Shown one piece after another: positions 12,770-24,150 of a stretch of DNA of 34,846 nt (positions are counted from its first letter, which is position 1; each line of letters starts with the position of its first letter). A program made the translations under genes and the position numbers. The stretch comes from Octopus bimaculoides (Eukaryota): NCBI RefSeq assembly GCF_001194135.2, contig NC_069003.1:5906545-5941390 (forward strand), written 5' to 3'. The notes beneath the pieces are model-generated. The model searched no databases. It was given only the letters and a program-made list of their open reading frames with translations, and was not told where the DNA came from.

Positions 12770-15700
12770 CGTACGAAATAACGAACGAAAGAACGAAAGT
12801 TCTTACGTAAGAACGATCGAACGTACAAACGAACGAACGAACCTGCGTACGTACGTACAAACGAACGTACGTACGTACGAACGAACGTACATAAGTACGA
12901 ACTTACGAATAAATGAACGAACGAACGAACGAAAGAACGAACGAACGTACGTACATTTGTCCATACGTACGAATGAACTTAGCAACAAACGAACGAACGT
13001 ACATACAAACGAACGAACGAACGTAAGTGCGTACGAACGACCGAACGAAAGTGCGTACGTACGTACAAACGAACGAATGAACGTACGTACGTATGTACAA
13101 ACGAACGAACGATCGAACGAAAGAACGAATTAACGAACGTAAGTACGAAGGAAGGAACGAACGAACGATTGAACGAACGAGGGCATAAAAGAGCGTACGA
13201 CCGCAAAAAACGTCCGTACAAACGAACGAATGAACGTAAGTACCTACGAACGTACGTGCAAACGTACGAAGGAACGAACGACAGAACAAACGTATCTTGT
13301 GTCCGTACGTACAAACGAACGAACGAACGAATGGACGAACAAACGAACGAACGAACGAACCTGCGTACGTACATACAAACTAACGAATGTACGTACGTAC
13401 GAACGAATGAACGAACGTACGTACGTATGTACAAACGAACGAACGATCGAACGAAAGAACGAACGTACGTACGTACGGACGGACGAAGTAGCGAACGTAC
13501 GTAAGTACTTACGTAAGTACGTACGTACGAACGATCGAACGAAGGAACGAAGGAACGTACCTCATGTCCGTACGTACAAACAACGAACGAACGAGCAAAC
13601 GAACGAGGGCATAAAAGAGCGAAAGACCGCAAAAGACGTTCGTACAAACGAACGAATGAACTTAAGTACCTACGAACGTACGTGCAAACGTACGAAGGAA
13701 CGAACGACCGAACAAACGTACGTACGTACTTATGCAAGTACGTACGAACGAACGATCGTACGAAGGAACGTTTCTTGTGTCCGTACGTACAAACGAACGA
13801 ACGAACGAATGGACGAACAAACGAACGTAGTACATATGTACATATGTACGAACGAACCTGCGTACGTACATACAAACGAACGAACTAATGTACGTACGTA
13901 CGTACGAACGAACGTACGTACAAACGAACGTACGAACGAACGAACAAATGAACGAAAGCACGAACAAAAGAACGTACGAACGACCGAACGAACCTGCGTG
14001 CGTCCGTGCAAACGAACGAACGAACGTACGTATGTACGTGCGAATGAACGATCGAACGAACGAACTCAAATACGTACGTACGTACGAACGAACAAACGAA
14101 CGAACAAACGAACGAAGGAACGTAAGAATGTACGAAAGAACGAACGTAAGTACGTACGAACTAACGAACGAAAGAACGAACGAATGAATGAGTGTACAAA
14201 AGAACGAACGCACCAGCGTACAAACGAACGAACAAACGAACGAACGGACGGCCGAACATAAGAATATATGAACGAACGAACAAACGAACTATCGAACGAA
14301 TGAACGACTGTACAAAAGAACGAACGCACGAGCGTACAAACGAACGATCGAAAGTTCGTACGAACGAACGAACGTACGTACGTACGCACGAATGAACGTA
14401 CGTACGCACGAATGAACGTACGTACGTCCGAACGAAGAACAAAAGAACGAACGAAGAACTTACGAACGAACTAACGAAAGAATGAACGAAATAACGAACG
14501 AACGAAAGAACGAAAGTTCTTACGTAAGAACGATCGAACGAACGAACGAACGAACGAGCGAAACGAACGAACGAACAAAGGACGAACGAACGAACGTCCG
14601 TACCTACGTAAGAACGTACGAACGAATTAACGAACGTAAGTACGAACGAAAGAACGAGCTCACAAAAGAACGTACGAACGAACGAATGAACGAACGAATG
14701 TAAGTACGTACGAAAGATCGAATGAACGAACGAACGTACGTACTTACGTACGTACGAACGATCGAACGAAGGAACGTACCTTGTGTCCGTACGTACAAAC
14801 GAACGAAAGAACGAAAGTTCGTAAGTAAGAACGATCGAACGAACAAACCAACGAACGTACGTACGTTTGGACGGAAGAAATAACGAACGAACGTACGTAC
14901 ATACAAACGAACGAACGAACGAACTTACGTACGTACAAAGGGGCGAACGAACGAAATGAACAAATGAATGAACGACCGAACGAACGAAAGACCAAACGAA
15001 CGAATGTACGAAAGAACGAACGAAAGAACGAATGAATGAACGAACGTACGCACGAACGACCTAACGTACGTATTTATGTAAGTACGAACGATCGAACGTA
15101 CCTTATGTCCGTGCGTAAGAACGANNNNNNNNNNTAAGTACGAACGATCGAACGTACCTTATGTCCGTGCGTAAGAACGAACGAACGTAAGTGCGTACGA
15201 ACGACCGAACGAAAGTGCGTACGTACGTACAAACGAACGGATGAATGTACGTACGTACGAACGAATGAACGTTCGTACGTGCAAACGAGCGGACGTACGA
15301 ATGAACGATCAAACGAACGAACTCAGATACGTACCTACGTACGAACGTACGAACGAATTAACGAACGTAAGTACGAAGGAACGAACGAACGAGCGCATAA
15401 AAGAGCGTACGAACGCAAAAAACTTACGTACAAACGAACGAACGACCGAACAAACGTACTTACGTAAGTACGTACGAACGATCGAACGAAGAAACGTATC
15501 TTGTGTCCGTACGNNNNNNNNNNNNNNNNNNNNNNNNNNNNNNNNNNNNNNNNNNNNNNNNNNNNNNNNNNNNNNNNNNNNNNNNNNNNNNNNNNNNNNN
15601 NNNNNNNNNNNNNNNNNNNNNNNNNNNNNNNNNNNNNNNNNNNNNNNNNNNNNNNNNNNNNNNNNNNNNNNNNNNNNNNNNNNNNNNNNNNNNNNNNNNN

Positions 15701-18700
15701 NNNNNNNNNNNNNCAAACGAACGTAGTACGTATGTACGAACGACCAAACGAACGAACGACCAAACGAACGAACCTGCGTACGTACGTACAAACGAACGGA
15801 CGAACGAACGTACGTAAGTACGAACTTACGAACGAAAGCACGAACAAAAGAACGTACGTACGTATGTACGAACGACCGAACGAACCTGCGTGCGTACGTA
15901 CAAACGAACGAACGAACGTACGTACGTGCGAATGAACGGAAGAAAGAATGAACGAACGTACGTAAGTACGAACGAATGAACGATCGAACGAACGAACTCA
16001 AATACGTACGTACGAACGAACAAACGAACGAACGAACGAACGGACGACCGAACGTAAAAATGTACGAAAGTAGGAACGAATGAACGAGTGTACAAAAGAA
16101 CGAACGCACGAGCGTACAAACGAACGGACGAACGAACGTACGTACGCACGAATGAACGAACGAATGAACGTACGTACGTAAGAAGGAAAGAAAGAACGAA
16201 CGAACGACCGAAACCAAGGACGAACGTACGTACGTACGAACGAACGTACGTACGTGTGTACGAACGACCGAACGAACCTCGGTACGTACGTACAGACGAA
16301 CGAACGAATGTACGTACGTACGAACGAACGGCCGAACGTAAAAATGTACGAACGAACGAACGAACTAACGAACGAACGAGTGTACAAAAGAACGAACGCA
16401 CGAGCGTACAAACGAACGTAAGAACGAACGTACGTACGTAAACACGAATGAACGAACGAACGAACGAATGAACGTACGTACGTCAGAACGAAAGAAAGAA
16501 CGAACGATCGAAATCAAGGACGAACATACGTACGTACGTACGAACGAACGATCGAACGTACGTACGTACGTATGTACGAACGACCGAACGAGCCTCCGTA
16601 CGTACGTACAAACGAACGAACGAATATACGTACGTATGTACGAACGAATGTACGTACGAACGAACGGACGAACGAATGAACGAACGTACGTAAGTACGAA
16701 CTTATGAACGATTGAACGAACGAACTCGAATACGTACTTACGTACGAACGAACAAACGAACGGACGACCGAACGTAAGAATGTACGAACGAACGAACGAC
16801 CGTAAGTACGAACGAACTAACGAACGAAAGAACGAACGAATGAACGACTGTACAAAAGAACGAACGCACGAGCGTACAAAAGAACGAACGAACGAATGAA
16901 CGAACGAACGTAAGTACGTACGAACGAACGTACGCACGAATGAACGTACGTACGTAAGAACGAAAGAAAGAACGAACGAACGAAACCAAGGACGAACGTT
17001 CGTACGTACGAAGAACAAAAGAACGAACGAAAGAACGAACGAACGAATTAACGAACGTAAGTACGAACGAACGAGCTCACAAAAGAACGTACGAACGAAT
17101 GAATGAACGAACGAATGTAAGTACGTACGAACGAACGAACGAACGATCGAATGAACGAACGAACGTACGTACGTAATTACGTACGTACGAACGATCGAAC
17201 GAAGGAACGTACCTTGTGTCCGTACGTACAATCGAACGAACGAACCTGCGTACGTACGTACAAACGAACGTACGTACGAACGAACGTACATAAATGAACG
17301 ATCGAATGAACGAACGGACGACCGAACGTAAGAACGTACGAACGAACGAAAGTAAGTACGAACGAAATAACGAACGAAAGAACGAACGTACGTACGTTTG
17401 GACGGACGAAAGAACGAACGAACGTACGTACATTTGTCCATACGTACGAATGAACTTAGGAACAAACGAACGAATGAACGATCGAACGAACGAACTCAAA
17501 TACGTACCTACGTACGTACGAACGAACGTAAGAAAGTACGAACGAATTAACGAACGTAAGTACGAAGGAACGAACGAACGAACGAGGGCATAAAAGAGCG
17601 TACGAACGCAAAAAACGTCCGTACAAACGAACGAATGAACGTAAGTACCTACGAACGTACGTGCAAACGTACGAAGGAACGAACGACCGAAGAAACGTAC
17701 GTACGTACTTATGCAAGCACGTACGTACTTATGCAAGTACGTACGTACGAACGATCGAACGAAGGAACGTATCTTGTGTCCGTACGTACGAACGATCGAA
17801 CGAATGGACGAACAAACGAACGTAGTACATATGTACGAACGACCAAACGAACGAACGAACGAACCTGCTTACGTACATACAAACGAACGAACGAATGTAC
17901 GTACGTACGAACGAATGAACGAACGTACGTACAAACGAACGTACGAACGAACGAAAAAATGAACGAAAGCACGAACAAAAGAACGTACGAACGACCGAAC
18001 GAACCTGCGTGCGTCCGTACAAACGAACGAACGAATGTACGTACGTGCGAACGAACTTACGAACGAATGAACGATCGAACGAACGAACTCAAATACGTAC
18101 GTACGTATGAACGAACGAACGAACGAATGAACGAGTGTACAGAAGAACGAACGCACGAGCGTACAAACGAACGAACGAATGAACGTAAGTACGTACGAAT
18201 GTACGTACGCACGAATGAACGAACAAACGAACGAATGAACGTACGTACGTAAGAAAGATCGAACGGACGACCGCAACCAAAGACGAACGTACGTACGAAC
18301 GATCGAACGAACGTACGTACGTATGTACGAACGACCGAACGAACCCGCGTGCGTACGTACAAAAGAACGAATGTACGTACGTACCAACGAACGAATCAAC
18401 GAACGTACGTAAGTACGAATTTACGAACGAATGAACGATCGAACGAATGAACTCAAATAGTACGTACGTACAAACGAACGAACGAACGGACGGCCGAACA
18501 TAAGAATATACGAACGAACGAACAAACGAACGAATGAACGACTGTACAAAAGAACGAACGCACGAGCGTACAAACGAACGAACGTAAGTACGTACGAACG
18601 AACGAACGTACGTACGTATGCACGAATTAACGAACGAATGAACGTACGTACGTCCGAACGAAGAACGAACGAATGAACAAACGAACGAACGAACGAAAGA

Positions 18701-20042
18701 ATGAACGAAAGAACGAACCAAAGAACGAAAGTTCGTACGTAAGAACGATAGAACGAACGAGCGAAACGAACGAATGAAGGTACGAAAGAACGTACGTACG
18801 TACGTAAGTACAAACGAACGAAGATACGTACCTACGTACGTACGAACCATCGAACGAGCGATCGAACGAACGAAAGAACGAACGAACGAACGAACGAACG
18901 TGGGTACGAACGAACGAAAGTACGAACGAACGTAAGTACGAACGAACGAACGAGCGTACAAAAGAACGAACGAAGGAATAAAACGTACGTACAAACGAAC
19001 GAATGAACGAACGAACGTAAGTACGTACGAACGAACGAACAAACGAACGAACGAACGAACGTACGTTCGTACTTACGTAAGTACGTACGTACGAACGATC
19101 GAACGTACCTTATGTCCGTACGTACAAACGAACGAAAGAACGAACAAACGAACGAACGAACGAACAAACGAACGAAAGAGCGAACAAACTATCGAACGAA
19201 CGTAATTTCGTATGTACGAACGATCGAACCTTCGTACGTACGTACAAACGAACGAACGAACGAACGAAGGAACCTAAGTACGTACGAACGAACGAACGAG
19301 TGTACAAAAGAACGAACGCACGAGCGTACAAACGAACGAACGTAAGTACGTACGTATGTACGTAGACACGAAATATCGAACGAACGTACGTACGTCCGAA
19401 CGACCGAACGAACGAAGAACAAACGAAGAACGAACGAACTTACGAACGAATGAACAAACGAACGAACGAAAGAATGAACGAAATAACGAACGAAAGTTCG
19501 TACGTAAGAACGATCGAACGAACGAACGAGCGAAACGAACGTCCGTACCTACGTTCGTAAGAACGAACGAACGAACGTACGTACGTTCGGACGGACGGAC
19601 GATAGAACGAACGAACGAACGTACGTACATAAGTCCATAAGTGCGAACAAACGAACGAACGAACGAACGTACGTACATACAAACGAACTTACGTACGTAT
19701 GTACAAACGAGCGAACGAACGAAATGAACGAATGAATGAAACAACGAACGAACGAAAGGACGAACGTACGTCTGGACGCAGGAACGAACGTACGTACGTA
19801 CGAACGAAATAACGAACGTTCGAAGGTAAGAACGATCGAACGAACGAACGTTCGTACGTAACAACGATCGAACGAACGAGCGAAATTCCCTACGTACATA
19901 CGAACGAACGTACGTCCATACGTACGAACGAACGAACGTACGTAGATGCGTACGGATGGATGAAAAACGAACGAACGTACGTCTATACGTACGAACGAAC
20001 GAACGTACGTACGTACATGCGTACGGATGGATGAAAGAACGA
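12770..20042 (+). repeat. Satellite block 3 (AACG-rich strand on +), degenerating toward its right end
   Basis: Orientation flips back at the palindrome TTCGTACGAA (12768-12777). Landmarks become sparse and diverged after about 18700. The block ends at a 100-N gap (20043-20142). Confidence 0.95.
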
Positions 20043-20469
20043 NNNNNNNNNNNNNNNNNNNNNNNNNNNNNNNNNNNNNNNNNNNNNNNNNNNNNNNNNN
20101 NNNNNNNNNNNNNNNNNNNNNNNNNNNNNNNNNNNNNNNNNNGCGCTTCTTTTTGTTTTGTTTTTTTGTCCTAAATATGGTACAAATCTTGTTCAGTTGT
20201 CTGGGCATCCCTAGTCCAACTGCCAGAAGTGGCCCAGGCAGCTGACATTATGGAAAATAGAAGAGCCATAGACTGACCAGCGAAGCTGGAATCCCTGAGC
20301 TGAGAGACTGCAGTGGAGGTTGTGGTGAGGAGTGTGGGAGGGACAAGAGATGGAGAGATGAGATGTACTTCAGAATGTGTCCCTGGCCTTGGTTACAAGG
20401 AAGTTTAGATTAGTACTAAAGGGGATTTTGAATCGCTTGGTGCATTGTGGACATGGGTCAACGTAACTT

Positions 20470-20625
20470 TTTTACTCTTTTATTTGTTTCAATCATTTGA
20501 CTGCAGCCATGCTGGAGCACACCTTTAGTCAAACAAATCAACCCCAGGACTTATTCTTTGTAAACCTAGTANNNNNNNNNNTGGTTGGTAAGCAAGCTAC
20601 TTACCACACAGCCACTCCTGCACCT
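20470..20625 (-). mobile_element. tRNA-derived SINE, type A (3' body plus 5' head, middle collapsed at a 10-N gap)
   Basis: The reverse complement of 20582-20625 is AGGTGCAGGAGTGGCTGTGTGGTAAGTAGCTTGCTTACCAACCA (A-box-like TGGCTGTGTGG). 20470-20571 matches the 3' body of the copy at 28476-28797. Confidence 0.85.
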
Positions 20626-20633
20626 AATTATAA

Positions 20634-20838
20634 TAGTTTCAAATCTTAGCAAAAGGCCATTCAGTGGAGAGTGGAGTAGTCAGTTACCTTGACCCCAGTA
20701 CTTGACTGGTAATTAACTTGACAGTAATCAATACTAAAGGGATGAACAACAAAGTCGACCTCAGTGGAATTTGAACCCTGGAAGAAATTCTAAGCATTCT
20801 GTCCAATGTGCTAATGCTCCTACCATCTCACCAACTTC
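20634..20838 (-). mobile_element. tRNA-derived SINE with Deu/Nin-like domain (type N), diverged
   Basis: Contains TTGACCCCAGTACTTGACTGGTA...AAAGTCGACCTCAGTGGAATTTGAAC, homologous in reverse to 21934-22127 and to the copies at 32671-33500. The Deu/Nin assignment is from recalled consensus. Confidence 0.75.
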
Positions 20839-20847
20839 AAGTAACAA

Positions 20848-20913
20848 ATAATAATAATTCTTTTTAATTTTGGCACAAGGACAGCAATTTTGAGAGGAGG
20901 GGCAAGTTGATTA
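20848..20913 (-). mobile_element. 3' end of a second type-N SINE directly abutting the previous copy
   Basis: AATAATAAT tail followed by TTTTGGCACAAGGACAGCAATTTTGAGAGGAGGGG, the reverse complement of the type-N 3' end. Cut by (CT)n and a gap. Confidence 0.65.
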
Positions 20914-20937
20914 CTCTCTCTCTCTCTCTCTCTCTCT
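20914..20937. repeat. (CT)12 microsatellite
   Basis: Direct reading. Confidence 0.95.
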
Positions 20938-21932
20938 AGCCAGATAACCATGTACCTCCTCTCTANNNNNNNNNNNNNNNNNNNNNNNNNNNNNNNNNNN
21001 NNNNNNNNNNNNNNNNNNNNNNNNNNNNNNNNNNNNNNNNNNNNNNNNNNNNNNNNNNNNNNNNNNNNNNNNNNNNNNNNNNNNNNNNNNNNNNNNNNNN
21101 NNNNNNNNNNNNNNNNNNNNNNNNNNNNNNNNNNNNNNNNNNNNNNNNNNNNNNNNNNNNNNNNNNNNNNNNNNNNNNNNNNNNNNNNNNNNNNNNNNNN
21201 NNNNNNNNNNNNNNNNNNNNNNNNNNNNNNNNNNNNNNNNNNNNNNNNNNNNNNNNNNNNNNNNNNNNNNNNNNNNNNNNNNNNNNNNNNNNNNNNNNNN
21301 NNNNNNNNNNNNNNNNNNNNNNNNNNNNNNNNNNNNNNNNNNNNNNNNNNNNNNNNNNNNNNNNNNNNNNNNNNNNNNNNNNNNNNNNNNNNNNNNNNNN
21401 NNNNNNNNNNNNNNNNNNNNNNNNNNNNNNNNNNNNNNNNNNNNNNNNNNNNNNNNNNNNNNNNNNNNNNNNNNNNNNNNNNNNNNNNNNNNNNNNNNNN
21501 NNNNNNNNNNNNNNNNNNNNNNNNNNNNNNNNNNNNNNNNNNNNNNNNNNNNNNNNNNNNNNNNNNNNNNNNNNNNNNNNNNNNNNNNNNNNNNNNNNNN
21601 NNNNNNNNNNNNNNNNNNNNNNNNNNNNNNNNNNNNNNNNNNNNNNNNNNNNNNNNNNNNNNNNNNNNNNNNNNNNNNNNNNNNNNNNNNNNNNNNNNNN
21701 NNNNNNNNNNNNNNNNNNNNNNNNNNNNNNNNNNNNNNNNNNNNNNNNNNNNNNNNNNNNNNNNNNNNNNNNNNNNNNNNNNNNNNNNNNNAGTAGTATC
21801 AGCTGTTCTTATAGAACACCCATGTTTAGGTGGCAATAAACATTACTTCTCAATATAAATACTGCTTACATCTCTAATCGAAATTTCCTTAACGAGCTAG
21901 CTTTCTACTTTTATTTTAATTATATTTCTAAT

Positions 21933-22127
21933 GAGTTGGTGAGCTGGCAGAATTGTTAACACACAGGAAAAATTGCTTAGTAGCATTTTGTCCTACTTCA
22001 TATTCTGAGTTTATCCTTTGGGGGGAGGGGAGTCAATAAAATAAGTACCAGTTGTACACTGGGGTCAATGTAATTGAATTACCCTCTCCCAAAATTGCCG
22101 GCCTTGCACCAAACTTGAAACCAATAT
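21933..22127 (+). mobile_element. Type-N (Deu/Nin-like) SINE with an internal deletion through the B-box region
   Basis: Head GGTGAGCTGGCAGAATTGTTAAC (A-box-like TGGCAGAATTG, 21945-21955). CTGAGTT is joined directly to TATCCTTTGGGG...AATAAAATAAGTACCAGTT...CTGGGGTCAATGTAATTGA. The 3' end is GGCCTTGCACCAAACTTGAAACC. Confidence 0.8.
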
Positions 22128-22159
22128 AAAGGTTTTGGTGGAATTCAGTAAATTAGATA

Positions 22160-22468
22160 AAGGGATATTTAATCTCAGGTTAGCTCTTGATCCAGTAGAC
22201 CTTACAGCAAAGACAATCCAACCGTGACTATCTTGCGTATGTAGAAGTATCTAGAACTACATTTCGAGCCCTTTTAGTAAGAAAAGTGCCATTTGAGGGA
22301 AATTTGGCTGTTATCTCTAGCCAGTTTAACAATTACATACAAGCTTTCTCGTTAGTTTGTGTTCTTCGCAGTTGATATTAAGCCCCAAGTTAACCCTGAG
22401 TAAACCTGTGTATGATCAAAAATATTCCAGCCATGACCATTCCAGTTTATCTAGAATCACTTTGTCCA
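22160..22468. repeat. Unclassified interspersed repeat, two diverged related blocks in tandem
   Basis: About 22165-22265 (TCAGGTTAGCTCTTGA...CAATCCAACCGTGACTATC...TATCTAGAACTAC) resembles about 22380-22468 (CCAAGTTAACCCTGA...TATTCCAGCCATGACCATTCC...TATCTAGAATCAC). Confidence 0.45.
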
Positions 22469-22486
22469 ACACACACACACACACAA

Positions 22487-24134
22487 CATCGTTTAACGTC
22501 CGCTTTCCATGCTAGCATGGGTTGGACGATTTGACTGAGGACTGGCAAACCAGATGGCTGCACCAGGCTCCAATCTGATTTGGCAGAGTTTCGACAGCTG
22601 GATGCCCTTCCTTACGCCAACCACTCCGAGAGTGAAGTGGGTGCTTTTACGTGCCACCAGCACAAGGGCCAGTCACACGGTACTGGCAACGACCTCACTC
22701 GAATGTTTTTTCACATGGCACCAGCACAAGTGCTAGTAAGGCGACGCTGTAACGATCACGCTCAAATGGTGCTATTTATGTGCCACCGGCATGGAAGCCA
22801 GACAGCTGCTCTGACATTGATCACGCTTGGACGGTGCTGTTAGCGCTCCACTGGCACAGGTGNNNNNNNNNNCCTCACTCGAATGTTTTTTCACATGGCA
22901 CCAGCACAAGTGCTAGTAAGGCGACGCTGTAACGATCACGCTCAAATGGTGCTATTTATGTGCCACCGGCATGGAAGCCAGACAGCTGCTCTGACATTGA
23001 TCACGCTTGGACGGTGCTGTTAGCGCTCCACTGGCACAGGTGCCAGTCATCAAATTTGGTTCAATTTCAATTTCGATTTCACTTTCCCCAACAGGTCTTC
23101 GCAAGCAGAGTTTAGTGTCCAATGAAGGAAAGGATGGCATGGGTGCCAGTCGTCGAATTTGGTTCGATTTCGATGTCACTTGCCTCAACAGGTCTTCGCA
23201 AGCAGAGTTTAGTGTCCAATGAAGGAAAGGTATGCATAAGTGGGCCACGGATTATCGTCTCACTTGGCTTGCCGGGTCTTCTCACACACAGCATATTTCC
23301 AAAGGTTTTGGTCACTAGTCATTGCCTAATGTTCGAAGGTCGTGCTTCACCACCTCATCCCAGGTCTTCCTCTTCCATAGGTTCCCTCAACCGCAAGGGT
23401 GTGACACTTTTTCACACAGCTATCCTCATCCATTCTTGCCACATGACCATACCAGCGCAATCGTCTCTCTTGCACACCACAACTGATGCTTCTTAGGTCC
23501 AACTTTTCTCTCAAGGTACTTACACTCTGTGGAGTATGTACACTGACATTACACATCCAGCGGAGGACACTGGCTTCATTTCTTGCGAGCATACGCATGT
23601 CCTCAGCAGTTACGGCCTATGTTTCACTGCCATGTAGCATGGCTGTTCGTACACGTGTCATACAGTCTGCCTTTTGCTCTGAGCGAGAGGCCCTTTGTCA
23701 CCAGCAGAGGTAAGAGCTCTCTGAACTTTGCCCAGGCTATTCTTATTCTAGCAGCTACACACTCAGCGCTGACTCGGTCACCTAGGTAACCGAAGCTATC
23801 GACTACTAGTTTTCTCCCTGGAATGTGGCAGAAGTTGTTTTCTACACACTTTCAGTGTTTATTGCTTCTGAGCATCTGCCACATACAAAAACTATCTTTC
23901 TAGTAAGCCTTCCTTTGATATTGCTGCACCTCGTGTCCATAGCTTACACTGGGTACATCTTATAGAGTTTCTACCTATGCCTTTTCACAGATCGAGCAGG
24001 GCCATCTACATGAAAGGGTTTGTGGTTTGTCTACCTTCCTACTTATTAGGACTTTGGTTTTAGCTAGGTTGACTCTAAGGCCCTTCAATTCTAATCCTTG
24101 CTTCCACACCTGAAACTTCTCTTCTAGTTCTGAT
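22487..24134 (-). mobile_element. 5'-truncated RTE-clade LINE (copy 1): 3' part of the RT ORF plus a long 3' UTR
   Basis: The minus-strand translation gives ELEEKFQVWKQGLELKGLRVNLAKTKVL, DSFGYLGD, RIRIAWAKFRELLPLL, GRLYD and RRLRWYGHVARMDEDSCVKKC...GRGRP, typical RTE RT C-terminal motifs. The 3' end is CCAACCCATGCTAGCATGGAAAGCGGACGTTAAACGATG. Confidence 0.93.
23260..24134 (-). pseudogene. Disrupted RTE reverse-transcriptase ORF remnant
   Basis: Frameshifts near 23990, 23930, 23655 and 23385. In-frame stops include TAG at 23617-23619, where W is expected (GSET-W). The native end ...KTRQAK* is at 23260. Confidence 0.88.
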
Positions 24135-24150
24135 ACATATATATATATAA

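Larger units (their letters stand above)
1..20042. repeat. Complex CpG-rich tetranucleotide satellite (AACG/TACG-based) with higher-order organisation; runs off the left window edge and is interrupted by 8 N-gaps
   Basis: Almost the whole stretch is AACG, TACG and single-base variants (AATG, ACAA, TAAG, AAAG). Diagnostic landmark motifs recur, e.g. GAAACCAAGGAC, GAGCTCACAAAAG, GGAACGTACCTTGTGTCCG, GAACTCA(A/G)ATAC, ACCTGCGTAC, CAAAGGGGCG and GCATAAAAGAGCG. Confidence 0.97.

Noticed and set aside
15079-15180. Perfect 46-bp duplication across the 10-N gap at 15125-15134
   Set aside because: Same contig-overlap artefact.
1-20042. Dozens of long ORFs (RSFV/VRTY/ERTN repeats), including a gap-free 552-aa ORF at 9555-11213
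   Set aside because: Pure AACG/TACG repeats contain no stop codon in any frame, so long ORFs are expected on both strands. The peptides are simply the 12-nt translation of the tetramers.
1-20042. CRISPR-like or telomeric array
   Set aside because: There is no constant repeat with unique spacers and no cas genes. The context is eukaryotic, and no TTAGGG-type units are present.
20143-20460. Relatively GC-rich unique stretch right after the satellite
   Set aside because: All frames close within about 50 codons, and no motif, splice pair or repeat identity could be supported.
20820-21858. ORFs of about 300 aa here and at 31017-32034
   Set aside because: They are almost entirely N-gap translated as X.
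22693-23042. Perfect 170-bp direct duplication (22693-22862 = 22873-23042)
   Set aside because: The identical copies flank a 10-N placeholder gap, the signature of an unmerged contig overlap.
22554-23789. Plus-strand ORFs over the RTE element
   Set aside because: They are antisense shadows of the LINE ORF or UTR and have no independent support.
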